From Camelus dromedarius (Eukaryota), in the NCBI RefSeq assembly GCF_036321535.1, contig NC_087437.1, forward strand, positions 26,166,001 through 26,230,000: a stretch of 64,000 nucleotides of DNA. Direction: 5' to 3'. Shown piece by piece: positions 27,470 to 40,369 of this stretch. The position numbers and the translations under genes were made by a program. The notes beneath the pieces are model-generated. The model had not been told where the DNA came from and did not search any database. It saw only the letters and a program-made list of their open reading frames with translations. Within the stretch, counting starts at the first letter, position 1. The number at the start of each line of letters is the position of its first letter.

Positions 27470-27925
27470 GGCTCTGTGACAAAGAACACGGAAGAAGTGA
27501 CTCTGTGGCAGTTTCCAGAGCCAGGCCCTAAGACACTGACAGCTTCCAATTCCTGTCCCTTAGAGTATTCTCGTGGGGAGACCCCAGCTGCTATGCAGTC
27601 CGTCCCACTGAGCTGAGATTGCCATGCTAGAGCTGCCGTGGACAAATGCTCCAGGTTTCAGTCCCAGCCAAGCCCAGTCTTCTAGAAATCCTTGTCATGG
27701 TGCCACACACTTGAGTAAACACATCTTGGAGCCTCTGGGCTAGCCCACCCACCAGCTGAACACCACTATGTGACCTCAGTCAATACCACATACAGCAGAA
27801 GAACAGTCCAGCTGAGCCCTGCCTCAATTCCTGACGGCAAAACTGCATGCTATGATCAAATGACTGTTGTTTTAAGTCACCAAGGTCTGGGGTAATGTAT
27901 TACAAAGTAATAAATAATTGTAATG
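27470..27925 (+). mobile_element. MaLR LTR (MLT1-type)
   Basis: ccagctgagccctgcctcaattcctgac...tgttgttttaagtcaccaaggtctggggtaatgtattacaaagtaataaataa resembles the MLT1 3' end. Confidence 0.75.
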
Positions 27926-28188
27926 TATTCTTCCTCTCCTCCTAATGACGAGCAGAGACAGCCAAAGGCAGCCATGCTGACACAGCTAGGCCTTGTACTC
28001 ATGAGTCTGGCTCTCAACACAGAAGCAGATGCTAAAAGAAACTAGATCCTGCTCGTGAAGTGTGGGACAGGACTTTGGTCCTTTAGTGCTTCTAGACAAA
28101 GATTTACTCTGATGGCAAGTAGCTACCTACCCACTAGCCTTGCACCGAAGGCCACGAAGCCGCCACCAGATACCACTGAAGGCCATAC

Positions 28189-28391
28189 CTGCCTCATGAG
28201 CTCCTCTTGGCGCATTCGAATCCTCTCTCTCTCCATCTGGATCCTCTGAAGTCGAAGTTTCTGCTGCTGCTGCTGCTGGGTGGTCAGTGCGTTGGGCAGA
28301 CTCATGAGCCCGGCTGGTGGGTTCTGAGCAGGGTGGTTCTGCTGGCTCAGGGAACTGGGTGCCATCTGCTGCTGGTGCTGGTGATTCATCA
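28189..28391 (-). CDS. WWTR1: WWTR1/TAZ coding exon 4 (Gln-rich and coiled-coil region), 203 bp
   Basis: Acceptor ttcttccctcccgcag|TG ATG AAT, donor CAG|gtatgg; VMNHQHQQQMAPSSLSQQNHPAQNPPAGLMSLPNALTTQQQQQQKLRLQRIQMERERIRMRQEELMRQ (within ORF 28123..28440). Confidence 0.98.
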
Positions 28392-29509
28392 CTGCGGGAG
28401 GGAAGAAAACGGGGAGATTACGGACCAGGGACCACGGCACCTTATCAAAAAGAGATGGTCAGAATGCTCTGTGCTTTAGAGTATAGATTCCTGAGATTCC
28501 TTCTCAAGTACTTTCCTGTTAATCATTACTGTTTAAGTAATTATTACCTTAATTCAATTCATGCCGATCTTGACTCATCCAGTCTCAGCTTTTACACCTT
28601 GTTAAAAATTTTATTTCACACCTTCCCTGTGTCTAGAGTACATGTTGAACCTTTCATAGAACATAGTGGTCATAAGTAAATTCCACAACATAAGAGATCA
28701 TATCACCAGGACATCTGAGTGTATGTGCAATTCTTCAGACAACTTGGATGTTTATGGCAGAGCCAAAGAGGGCAGGTGATCATTGGTAAGTGGTGGGTAT
28801 AAAATAACACCTAGGATGGACGAGTGAATTGACAGACAACACATAAAACACAGCACTTAGATCAGGGACATACACAAAAGCAGGACCCCATCAAAGCTGT
28901 GTTAAAAAAGGGTGCCCCAAAGAATTTATTTATAGTGATATGTGAGTAAATAGACAATCATTTAGTGAGAGTAATTACTGAGAAAGAAATTATATTAAAT
29001 GCTAACCATATTTGTGATTGGATAAAGCCACTAGAAGCATTTTAAACTTTTTATGGATATTCTATATTTCTGAATTTCCCAACATTTAAAATTTTAGCAT
29101 GCAGTCGTACCTCACTTTAGAAAAAAAAGTTTAAATCCTTTAATGTAGTTTATAATTGACATTTCCACAAAATATGCATCTTAAAAAGTGCTGGTTTTTC
29201 TCAAAACAGTTTACCAGTTAAACTTGCTTAACTTCTCGCTGGGTATTATCTTATAATACAGAAAACCATGATTTATCAGTCTATTGGCTCTTAGCTTAAG
29301 GCCCAGGGCAACAATGTGTAATTTTATACACTTACTTCATTTCTGAGCAAGAAACTCTCAATTTTTGCCATGTTTGGTATCACTACCTTTAAAAGGTAAA
29401 ATTATTAGCATATTTTACTTAAAGTTCAAAGTTAAATACTTTAGATCTTCAGTTTGTTATGGACATTATGTGGAAACATTTTATAACTAAATTTTCTTAA
29501 ACAAATTAT

Positions 29510-29665
29510 TTTTTTATTGTTGTTGGGGGTAGAGGGCATTAGGTCTATTGATTTATTTATTATTAGGTTTTGTTTTGTTTTGTTTAATGGAGGCACTGGA
29601 GATTGAACCCAGGACGTCGTGCACGCTAAGCATGTGCTCTACCACTGAGCTGTACCCTCCCCCCC
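29510..29665 (-). mobile_element. Vic-1-like SINE, long-tailed form
   Basis: Reverse complement gggggggagggtacagctcagtggtagagcacatgcttagcgtgcacgacgtcctgggttcaatctccagtgcctccatt...; flanks CAAATTATTTT / CAAATAAATTTT. Confidence 0.88.
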
Positions 29666-32600
29666 AAATAAATTTTAAAGTAGCCTAATCAACTATGAAT
29701 TAAGTGAATGTGTAGAACCCCCCCCCCAACACACACACACACTCAAAAGACAGTACCAACATGGAAGATTTTCTGTAGAAGAATTGGTTTCCTTAAGGAA
29801 GAATTAATTCCATGACAGGAGCATGCTCTGGATGGGAGTAGAGGTGGGGTAAAAATATTCCTTTTTAGAATGTATTTATAACTCCCTCAAATCTTTATTG
29901 CCTCCCCACTGTGTGCCAGGCACTGGGCCTGTAGTTGGATAAATAGCTCCTGCCCTCATAGGAACCAACAGGCTTTCAGAAGGAAGGTATGAAGGAATGA
30001 GTGGGTTTCTTCACTTGGCTGTGGAACACGAGAATGTCAGGCTTTGTCAGGATTCTTGGAGAGTTTTTATCATGTGAAGCCCAGGGAGGTGAGGTTAGAA
30101 ACATGTGGAACCAGGGCCAAAGCTGAAGCACCTGGCAGGCCGCCCACCTGTCCTTTGAACTGTCCTTGGCCGCCCTCTGCCCCGCCTGACCCTGAAAGAC
30201 AGGTACATTTGCAGAAGCTGAGAGCAGCCCTCTCTGCACAGTTAGCCTTCGGTCAAGCACAAGGAAGTGCCACTCGAACAGCCGGCCCTCAAAACAGGGC
30301 CCTGGCCCAACGGTTGCACAGGAGACAATCAGGAAGGGTGCAAGGATGGTTTAGACAGGTTGACAACTCAGCTCAATAACAGGCTAGTCAAGGAGAAAGT
30401 AAGATCCTGGAGTTTTCTGTCCAGTTTGGGCTTCCCTTCCTGAGTCAGGCCCACCTCTAAGAACTCTCATCTCCCAGCATCAGCCCTGGCGCTCGGGGCA
30501 GCTCAGTAAAGGAATGAAACCAGCTGGGCATTCCTTATGTTCTCAGTTTGAGAGCAGGAAAAAAGCAGTCATGACGGATGCCAAAATAATAACGTAAGTA
30601 TTTCATTTCCACAGCTTGTTAGAGCATAATTACAAGCTCTGCTGAAGGCCTGGGTGGGAGGTCAGGGACTGCGCACACGCTGTGTCACATGGAAAAAGTT
30701 CTCTTAAATACAGATCCAAGTAAGACAAAGTCCAGATATCCAGGAGGGTTTAGTTCAGAAGACCTCTTTCAGGCCACGAGAAGGAAGCTTAGATGGATGA
30801 ATCGTGATTATTTCCAGACACAGTTGTTTCCGAACCTTCTGAAAAGTATGCTCCTATTTTTCTGATGTAACTACTATAGACTAAACCAAACCAAACCAAA
30901 CCCAACAACCACCACCACCAACAACAAACTCAGTTGTATCCATGAGACAAATGTGTAAATTGAGTATTTCCAATACCAGAAATCCCCAGGTTACGAAAAA
31001 GAGACTTGGATGTTGATTATTTCTGTTAACATTTCAGAGGTTATTAACTCTGTTAATTTTTATAACTCAGATACTTTGAAAAGTATTAAAATTGACTCAG
31101 GTCTGGAACTTACTGACATGAAAAATTAATTGGATGGGGACCGTCTTCCATGCCTTGGGAAAACAGCCCTGTCTGTTTGCTCACAGGGGCTCTGTTGGCT
31201 CAATTCCACCCATCGTCCAGATACCGCTCGGCACATTTTATAGAGGTCTGCATCCTTATCAGGAAGAGCTTCAGACTCGGAGAAGATCTCTTCCGAAACC
31301 ACACCCTTGCTGGTTTTTACACCACCAGCAGCCCTTAAGGAGACCGTCCATAGCAGGGAATGGGGACCATGCTGCTTTCTTCCACTTAATTTAGATTTGA
31401 CCATTGAGACTAAACTCAGACTAACCATCTCCCACTATTAACTGTAGAGACTGGAAAAGAGTAGGACTCAGACAATGGCTTTGTTTTCAAAGTAAAGCAC
31501 ACACACCAACAGAGACGTCTGTATGGGAATATTCACCGCAGTGTTGTCTATAACAACAAAAGACCGAAAACAGCATGCACCAATCAGAGATCATGGTTCC
31601 TTCATTCAGAGGAATTTTGCGTAACTATTCCAAAGAATGAAGAAGCCCTGTAGGTGCTTGTATGGAACAACCGCTAAGAAACAACGTTCGGAAAGGGGGG
31701 AAAAAATCCAAGGTACAGAAGTGTCTGTCTTAGCATGCTACTATTTGTAATTGGAAAAGCTGAGGTGGGGGTTGCGGGGTGGGGGGTACACATTATTATA
31801 CATACACATATACAACAAATCTCTCTAGAAAAGTACACAAGGAACTTCTAACAGTGGGTGCCTCTGAAGAGGAAACGGGGTGTCAGGGGTGGGAGGAGAT
31901 CTTTTCCTTTTCCTCTTCCGGACTGTTTGAAGTTTTTCTGTCAGCATTTGTTATTGATGTAAAACATAAAAATATAAAAGGAAAACATAAAACGAAAACA
32001 TGGCCATGTAGGCATCAAACTCAGTATTTTCTTGGTGAAGTGAAAAGAATTAACTCCAAAATTATTTGAAAAACAACGAATAAGGCCTAGAATATAGTGA
32101 AGATTGTTAAAGTTCAGAGCCTACCTGGTGTAACTCCTCCTCCTTGTGGAGGTGAGGAACCGACACCCAGACCAACAGTGAATTTGGTCGGGGGCATAAA
32201 GAGGTCCAGAGCCTAGAAGCCCCGTGTCCTGACTCACTCCAGGTGCCCGTGACCACACCTGCCGCTCTGCCTCCTCTAGCTGTTTTATCTCAAACTGTCA
32301 TCAGCCCTTCTATAGGGTGAGTCTCATGAACTTCACTGATGGTTGAAGTTCTGCAAAATCACTGCTTTTGTCGCTACTCAGAGATAAAGGGGCAGAGGAG
32401 GCCGGAGACAGAGAGAAACAGAGAGGAGGTCCTCAGGAGAGCACAAGGAGGGAACACATCTCAACTTGCAAAAAACAGAAAACTCCTCGGGATAATAATC
32501 CAGAACGTTTTAGGGAGAGAATAGTTCAGTTAAAAAAAAAAAAAAGGCAGAGTATCTCAAATGCAGTATCCAGACCAAACTAGTTAAGGGCAGACAGCCA

Positions 32601-34034
32601 TTAAATGTCTCAGAAAGGCTAAAGACCTCGTCAGTTCTTGACTTTCGCCAGTCCCCACAGAAAGGAATAACCCAAACAGAAGATTTCTTCATTGAAGCAG
32701 GAATGCATCAAAACTAAGGCAGAGACTTCTCTTTTTTTTTCCTTCCAAGAGAGTCAGAATTTACATTTAAATCCATGTTTATCTTTTTCATTGTTTTCTT
32801 CTCCTTTCCTTTTTCTTTTTCTTTTTTCCCCCTTCTTCAATCATTGGCTTTCTCTTCTGTGTTTGGAAATCAGCATACCCACGCTCTGTGGATGTGTGAC
32901 CAGAAATGTTTCCCTGCTATTATTCAATATTAAGAAGACACCAAGAAAGACCAACTCCACAGCGTCTGAGATACGAACACTCTTTTGATTTAATGATGGT
33001 GTCCTTGGTGAAGTTAACAGTCAACCTGGGAATGGGGTGTGGCAGAGGCGGTGACTACCCATAACCCTGTGGTTAATGCTGCCCGGACACTGAGGCTCCC
33101 TCTGACCTGTTCCAGCAACACACTCAGTCACATAAGCCCCACAGGTAGGCTCGGGGCCAGGAAGGTCCCTGGACTCGGTTCTCAGCCCGCACATCATTTG
33201 TTGTATAAGAAGCAGATGTGGAAAAGGTAGAGACTTCACTCCTGAACTTTTGCCTTTTGCAGCACCAGGAACAGAGAGCGACAGCTCCTAGACAAAGTGC
33301 TTTGGCAGCTTCCCCGAGCCAGGAGCGGCAGACGAGGAGGGAGGCCAGGGAATCAGGCTGCTCAGCGGGCCCCCTGGAATGTTTGACAAACGTCTTTCTG
33401 GCCTCGGAGAGGTTCAGTGGCTTTATTTTCTGTGTCCTGGGCTTGCTTCCTTCGTTTCTAAAATAGACTTTGGTTACACACACACACACGCACACACACA
33501 CAATATGCCAAGTGAAGAAAACAAAACCCTAAGATTAAGCTTAACTACAAAACCCGTCTCGGGCCTGCATGGGGCTGGCTCTGAGCAGATTATGGAAAGG
33601 ACAACCAGCGTGCCAATGGCTCGAAGCCACACCTAAGCCCTAGAAAGACACAGAAATTAGTTATTCCTTTCAAATCCTTCTCCCCGATGCACACGTGAGT
33701 CTGGAAAGGCCAAAGAGGAATACCTGTTGCTAGTGACGCACTTCTTGTCTTATTCTCAGCCTCCTTTCTCCTCTTGACAACAAACTTCTCTGCTGAGGGA
33801 TCTCTATGCCTGGCTGTTTGAGTTGAACTTTACAAAATATGCGGTTTTCTCAGCATGTCAGAGGCACAATTCCATGCGATGAGTGAGGCAGGCCTCCCCA
33901 AGCACGCCATGACCCCTTCCACCACCAGGACCCCTCCCCCAACCGTGCTTCTCCTCTGCCAATAAAGGAGAAAGCTTCACGTGCTGCTGACTATGATTCA
34001 TTAGTTTAAGCAACATAACATCCATGAGTCCACA

Positions 34035-34725
34035 CTCATACAAACAAATGGTTGAATAAAAAATAAATGGCAGGAGAAGAGACAGATCTGTACAGATAAA
34101 TTCCAAATAATTTAACGTAGATACACTGTCCTCAAGGGGAGGGAGGAAATCCCCACTCCTGAAGCGTGGATGGTACATAGTGTCTCCTCCCACAGAGAAG
34201 AGCACTGGATGGGGCGGCGGGGAGGAGCTTCACAGGGGAGGAATCTCGTACACCAGCCCAGTGATCAAAGTCAGCATCAACAGGGGTAAGTCACCGTGGA
34301 GATGACACAAATGGCTCTTCACCTCTGTGATCTTCCTCCCTAAGACCCATCATCCCAGTCAGAGAAGAACATCAGACAAATTCCAGTAGAAGGGAATCCT
34401 ACAAAATTCCTCAGCCTCCAAACTATCAAGGGCATCAAACACAAGGAGCGTCTCAGAAACCACCACAGCCAAGAAGAGCTTAAGGAGACATGACAAGTAG
34501 AGGTACTGAGGTCTTCTGCAGGGCACCCTGGAACAGAAAAGGACGTTAGGTGAAACACTAAGGAAATCGGGATCAAGCGTGGGTGAGTGTTATTAATAAT
34601 GTATCGATATGGGTTCATTTATGATAAGGGGTATAGCACACAGTGTAAGGTGTTAATACAACAAGACGTTTGGTAAATGGGGACTCAATTCAATTTTTCT
34701 GTAAATCTAAAACAGTTCAAAAAAT
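34035..34725 (+). mobile_element. Old L1 (L1MC/MD-type) 3' region
   Basis: aacatcagacaaattcca, ggaacagaaaaggacgttaggtgaaacactaaggaaatc, caatttttctgtaaatctaaaac. Confidence 0.7.
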
Positions 34726-34984
34726 ATATGTACATGTATATGTGGGTGTGTAATGTGTGTATATGTGCCGTGTGTGTGTGTGTGTAGCAATAAATACCAA
34801 GAAGTGTGCTGGGCACTGTCTCTTCAATACTCACTATTAATTAGTTTTTATAGGGTATATAAAAATGAATAAATGTTATACAGTATATAAAAATGGATAA
34901 ATATTCAAAAGAAAACAGTCTAGGTGTGTTCCATGGAAGCAAATAGATATTAAGCTAAAATTTAAAAATATTGTAATAGCTGCT

Positions 34985-35140
34985 TCTGGTGTTCCATGGT
35001 CCATTAAGATTGGGAAATATTGAGTTAAACAAAGTTAAAAGAATTTATTTTATTGCACGATTTCCCAGAGCCTTTAATATACTAACAGACAGTGAGACTC
35101 TCCAAGAGGGAGATATAAAATGCAGCCCTTCTCAAACTTG
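34985..35140. mobile_element. MER103-like hAT fragment
   Basis: gcctttaatatactaa...tctccaagagggagatataaaatgcagc...caaactt. Confidence 0.5.
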
Positions 35141-36023
35141 GAAGACTAGTATTCTCCTGAGGAAGAAATACTAGGAAATGCTGGTCCATTGCATCTCAGC
35201 AGATGTCTTGGCAGTATTCAATTATGAATCGAATTGAAAATGAATTAACATTTAAAAAGCTCCTATTATGTGCTAAGCTCTTAAAAGTCAACTAAGTAGC
35301 TATGCAGGACATGGAGTCAGAGAAGGAAACAGGCAGCCTGTGGATGCTGAAGTGGTTTCATGTGCCTAGAATTACTCACTGCTGTTCAAGACGTAAAGTA
35401 ACAGAAGAACACACCAAAACAAAACATAGGGAAAGCAAGAGTCATAAAAGACTGCCAGGATATCTGCTGAAATTCTCCATAAGCACATGGTGATTTAACA
35501 GGAAAATTTCAAAGATGTTTAACTTGTATATCAGTTTTCACAGGTGATAAGCAGAATCTTGTCAATTCAGTTCTATGTATTAAAAATAACCTCTGTTTTA
35601 GTTTAGCTTGTTTTTTTTTTTCTTTACCAGCTTCTATGATAAAACAACATTAAGTGTTCCAAAGAATCCATCTAGCATCATCGCCTGAGAGGAAGACCTT
35701 TGAAGAGGCTGATTTGTTTTGAAAATCTGGTTGCAGTTTGCTCAAAATAGGGGAAAATGCAACATTCGAAGACACACCTTGGGTAATACACTTGATCTGG
35801 TGTGTGGGAAACTTCTTCCCCCCAGATGGAACAGGTATTTAACTCGGTTTGATGTCTGGACTAATACATTTATATAAATTTCATCAGAAACACCTTCTAG
35901 AGACCTAAGCACCCATGAGGGCAACACAAGTGCCCCCGCATCACAGACGGATACAGCTGGAGGCTTACTGACCAGTCCGTTCTCTGTCTCCTCTCCACAA
36001 ATGCTGAAAGAGGTCCATCACAG

Positions 36024-36127
36024 AGGGTGGCCAACTGTCCTGGTTTAACTCAGAGGTTTCCTGGGACACGGGACTTTCAGGGCTAGATCTGGGAGAGACC
36101 CAGGCAAACGGGGTGGCTGATCACCCT
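36024..36127. mobile_element. MER94-like hAT MITE (palindromic)
   Basis: AGGGTGGCCAACTGTCC...GGCTGATCACCCT inverted ends with a gggactttcag core. Confidence 0.7.
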
Positions 36128-39100
36128 AAGCCTGTGACCGTCCACATCCCCAGACCTAACTCATGGCAGCAGAACCCATGTTTCCTATTTCCACCCTAAT
36201 GAGTTCCCTTACAAAGAGAACCAGAGCCAGTATTAAATAACCTCTGATAATCAGAACCACAGCCAGGCTGTCCAGATGAGCTCTCAGCATGCCTGTCCTC
36301 CAGGGGTGATAACTAGTTATAACTAGGGGTGATAACTAGAACTGCTGGTTGTCCTTTTGCACCCATACTACTTGATAATTGGAGAAGGAATATTACTCCT
36401 GCACTTACGCTGTAACTTTTTAAGGAAATCAAGCACTATTTATGACATTGCATTGCATCATTCGTAAACATGCACTTGGTTTAGTTTGCAACCCAGATTC
36501 TGGGTGGAGCCATACACACTGAACAGAAGCTCTTTTAAGAAACACCGAACTGTTCTCTTCCTGTGATCTGAACTCTCACCTTCCTGAAGGCTGGATGTGT
36601 GCTCTTTATAAATAAGACCTGAGAAGGAGCCAAGTCTCCCCCAGCCCTTCGGATCCAACCCCAACGATATGGATCTTCCTTCTAAACATAGAACAAGAAC
36701 AAAAATTATTTAGCGCATTTCAAATCTGATTTGACTTGCTGATACACATAGTAGACACAAAATACATTCTCCCTGAGCTAAGCTTCAGGGTTTATGGGTC
36801 AAAAATTGGTAGTAAAATATCATTTTAATATATAAGATCATCATCATAGACTTTCTTTTTTAAGAAGCAAAATAAAGAAGAAAAATCAGAACGAAATGGA
36901 AATCCCTCATCTCCCAACACACAGACAACTCTCTTCCTCTTGAGGATGCGTTTTAATCATTACTCCCATAATCTTACACATGAATATTTAATGAATACTT
37001 GATTTTTGCTGCTGTGTTCTCTTTACTTCCAGAGCATATTCCCTGTTCAAGACCCCTGCATCCTTCTGTTTTATTGTCAGTGGTTTACACACCCCACCAC
37101 CCTCATCACAGCTGCGGCTGTGTATTTACCCTACTATGAAGCATCACTATAGAAGTTCAGGCTGGAAGGGGCTTAGTCCATTTCGACCAGGGTTCTCCAT
37201 CTTTTCTTTAGCAGCAGGATCTTTCACCAGAGCCTGATATGTGGCATGAAACAGAGACAACCCACAAGTGCGGGGAGGGGTCATTCACAGCACCCTGGGG
37301 CCTGTGCTGGTGTCCATGGGTCACTGAGCACAGAGGGCAGCCCCTTCGACTGTCTTCTCTCAATTCTCTCGGTCTGGCTTTCATTCTGCTTTCCCTACAG
37401 GCGTTTCCCAACTCTTGTGTCAAAATATTGAACAAAGTTTTAAAATATGTGGAACAGAAACAGCTCTTGGAGACTGGATACTAACTAAAGCTTAGCTTCT
37501 GCTCACAAACCCCTGAAACCCTGGCGTGGGGCCTTGGGACACAATTTAAAACCAATGACTTAGGCCAATTCACTCATTTTTGAGATGAAGAAACTTGGAA
37601 GGTTCAGTGACTCAGCACAAATCACAAGCATAGACTGGGACAAACCCAGGAAGCCCAGGGAATGTGCTGGATGCACGGCTGGCCGGCGTCGGCTGTGCTG
37701 ACCACTAATCCCGGCTCTCCCTGTCCTGCAGTCGAAAAATATTTACCGAGTTAAATCTGGTGACAAGGATGAGAAGTGTTTCCTTTTCCCTATTTCATGA
37801 ATAACGTAGACTAATCTCATTATTTCCTTCTAAAATAATCTCATTATTTCTTTGTTCCTTATAAAATATTTTCCTTATAAAATCAACGCAAATCACATGT
37901 TACGATGACACCCTATATTGTGTGATCTGGTTTTAGAGAAAATGGTGTAGGGCTTTCTTCTTCAGTCCTTCAAAAAAAAAAAAAAAACAACTTTGAAGCG
38001 TTATTTTCCATAATTCAGGAAGGTTTACATGAAAACAGGTCCCACCATTGGGCATTACTAGCCCTTCTGGCCACAGCGGCTTTGGGGACATAATGATATG
38101 CAACGGAGTGGAGCCAAAACATACAGGTGTGAATCATTTATGACATCCGTGTGGCCCCAGCCCCATGAAGCTTCAAAAATATTTCAGCATCAAGAGTGTC
38201 TGGGTGTAGCTGCAGGTCTTTTCCTCTGTTTATGGGCCGTACACGGCTTAACTCATGTGGACTGGCCAATGTGTCACACAGGTGTCTGCAGCCCTGTCTG
38301 ATGGGAAACACATGTCTACAGAGGTAAGAAGGAAAACCCAGCCACCGACCAGCCTGGACCCCGTCACGATACAATGAAGGGGAAAAAAGGGCTGCAGACA
38401 CGTCTCTCGCCCTTCTTGGGTCTCTCTCAGCTCCTGCCAACAATGAGCCGCTTGTTTCTCTTATTTCCCAGAAACAGTATTAGCCGTCCAACAAGGTCAG
38501 CAAAAAAAAAAAAAAAAAAAAAAAGCAGCTTTTCACTGCAGGATGCATTCAGTTCCAAAAATCTGTAAAGTATTAAACCAAGAAGTTGCACTGTCCCAAC
38601 TTCACACTGAGCCCTTTATTTCAATTCTGGGTGAGAGTAATTATAAGGACACTTCTTGTCCGGCTCAGTTGATAAGGCACAGAGCTCTGGGGTCCGTGTG
38701 CTCCGGCCACACTTCCCTGGCTTCAGACCTTGAAATCACTTCCAGGTGCCCCTAAAACTTGACAAGAGAGCCTTAGGTTTTCCAGATGCTCCAGGCTCTT
38801 CTGGTTTTAGACTTGTAACCCCAGCTGCATTTATATCACAGGAAACCCTGAATGTTTTGCACCAGCAAATGATTTTCCTACTTGCTCTCCTGTCTGCCCA
38901 ACAGTAATCTCATCAACAAACCAGGGTGCAAGCACCCAGGCAACCCTGATCTTCTAGGTAGAAAGATGGAAATGCCCGCAACACTGGTTTTTTATGTTTT
39001 CCTAGCAAATGCATTACCTACAACGTATATTTTATTGGCATTTAAAGGATTTAAACATCCATATTCACCATTTTAATATATCCAGAACACGCTAGAAAAA

Positions 39101-40012
39101 AAAGTCACATCTTTCTGGCATGTTCATTTCTTCCGGATCCTTGTGCTGTAAAGAAACCATATTTCCTTCATCTAAAGCAGCACCAAACTGTGCTGCTCAG
39201 ATTCCAACTGATTTCTGGGATATCTCAAGATTTATCAAAAGTGGCCAGGCAGGAAGCACATCTATGAAGCCAGTGAATTTAGGCAAAAAATGACCCAACT
39301 CGGAAAAAAGAGGAAATTGGGTGCTTCGCTGTGCTGCTTCACAAAGTCATCTTTGTGTCTTTGAATTTATTAACTCCATGGCCTGGCCGCAGCAGCAAAA
39401 GCAAAACTCTTCTTGTTTTATTATCTTCAGACAATAGGTAGACTTTTATCCCAGCAGGAAATGGAAACTCTGATTCATGCATTTATTTTCATTAGTCAGG
39501 AGAGAGTTTATTGTAGCTTTTTATTGGTGAGCTTTCCTGAATGATTTTAAAACTACTCCAGGTTCACAGTGTGGCAACCCAAGCTCAAGACCAGAAAATG
39601 AGTCCACAGCTGTGTCCACAAGACGCGGGAAGACGTTGCCCGTGTGGGCCGCAAGCTCTTAATCTGTTTCCTTTTTGTTACATGCCATTTTAATAAACAT
39701 TTTCATTATTTAAAGCGCTCATACAATGGACACTCCAAGAGACAGTCAGAGGACTTGAACGATTTATGAAAGAGAACCCGCATTTAGTAATCAAACGTGG
39801 AAGAATGATTAGCTTCACAAGGAATCACAGAAATACATTCAAGAGCCATTCTACAGCAATCAGATTAGCAGAGATAATACAGTAATCTAATGTGGGTGTT
39901 TTGCATCGGGACAGCGGTACTCAGTAAAAGAAGAATTTAACCAGGGGTGGCAGGGAATAATAAATCTGATGAAATTGTGTCAGATTTAGGAAATGTGTGC
40001 TTATATGCATTT

Positions 40013-40193
40013 AAAAATTTTTTTGTTTTTTCATTTTTTTATTTATTTTTTGGGGGAGGAGGAAGTAATTTATTTTTAAAATTTATATTTATTTGTCTGT
40101 TTATTTATTTTTAGAGAAAGTACTGGGGATGGAACCCAGGACCTCATGCATGCTAAGCATACACTCTGCCACTTGAGCTATATCCTCCGCATC
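40013..40193 (-). mobile_element. Vic-1-like SINE, long-tailed form
   Basis: tRNA-like head on the minus strand; TSD GCTTATATGCATTT (39999-40012) / GCTTTTATGCATTT (40194-40207). Confidence 0.88.
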
Positions 40194-40369
40194 GCTTTTA
40201 TGCATTTTGAGGACTGTACCCCTGGATCTTATAGAATTTCTAGTGACCTCAAAAGGTTAATTACCTTTGAAATAAAAATGTATTAAAATACTCATAGTGG
40301 TGGTGTATGGATGGTGGGACTATAGATGATTTTCTTTTTTCCAGTGTTCTATGGTTCACTTAAATATTC

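Noticed and set aside
28123..28188. Read-through of the exon-4 donor as an alternative terminal exon
   Set aside because: The donor CAG|GTATGG is reasonable, and I saw no nearby gene-strand AATAAA, unlike after exon 6.
28261..28278. (CAG)6 as an expanded polyglutamine
   Set aside because: Six glutamines fit the exon length and residue numbering expected for TAZ; no expansion.
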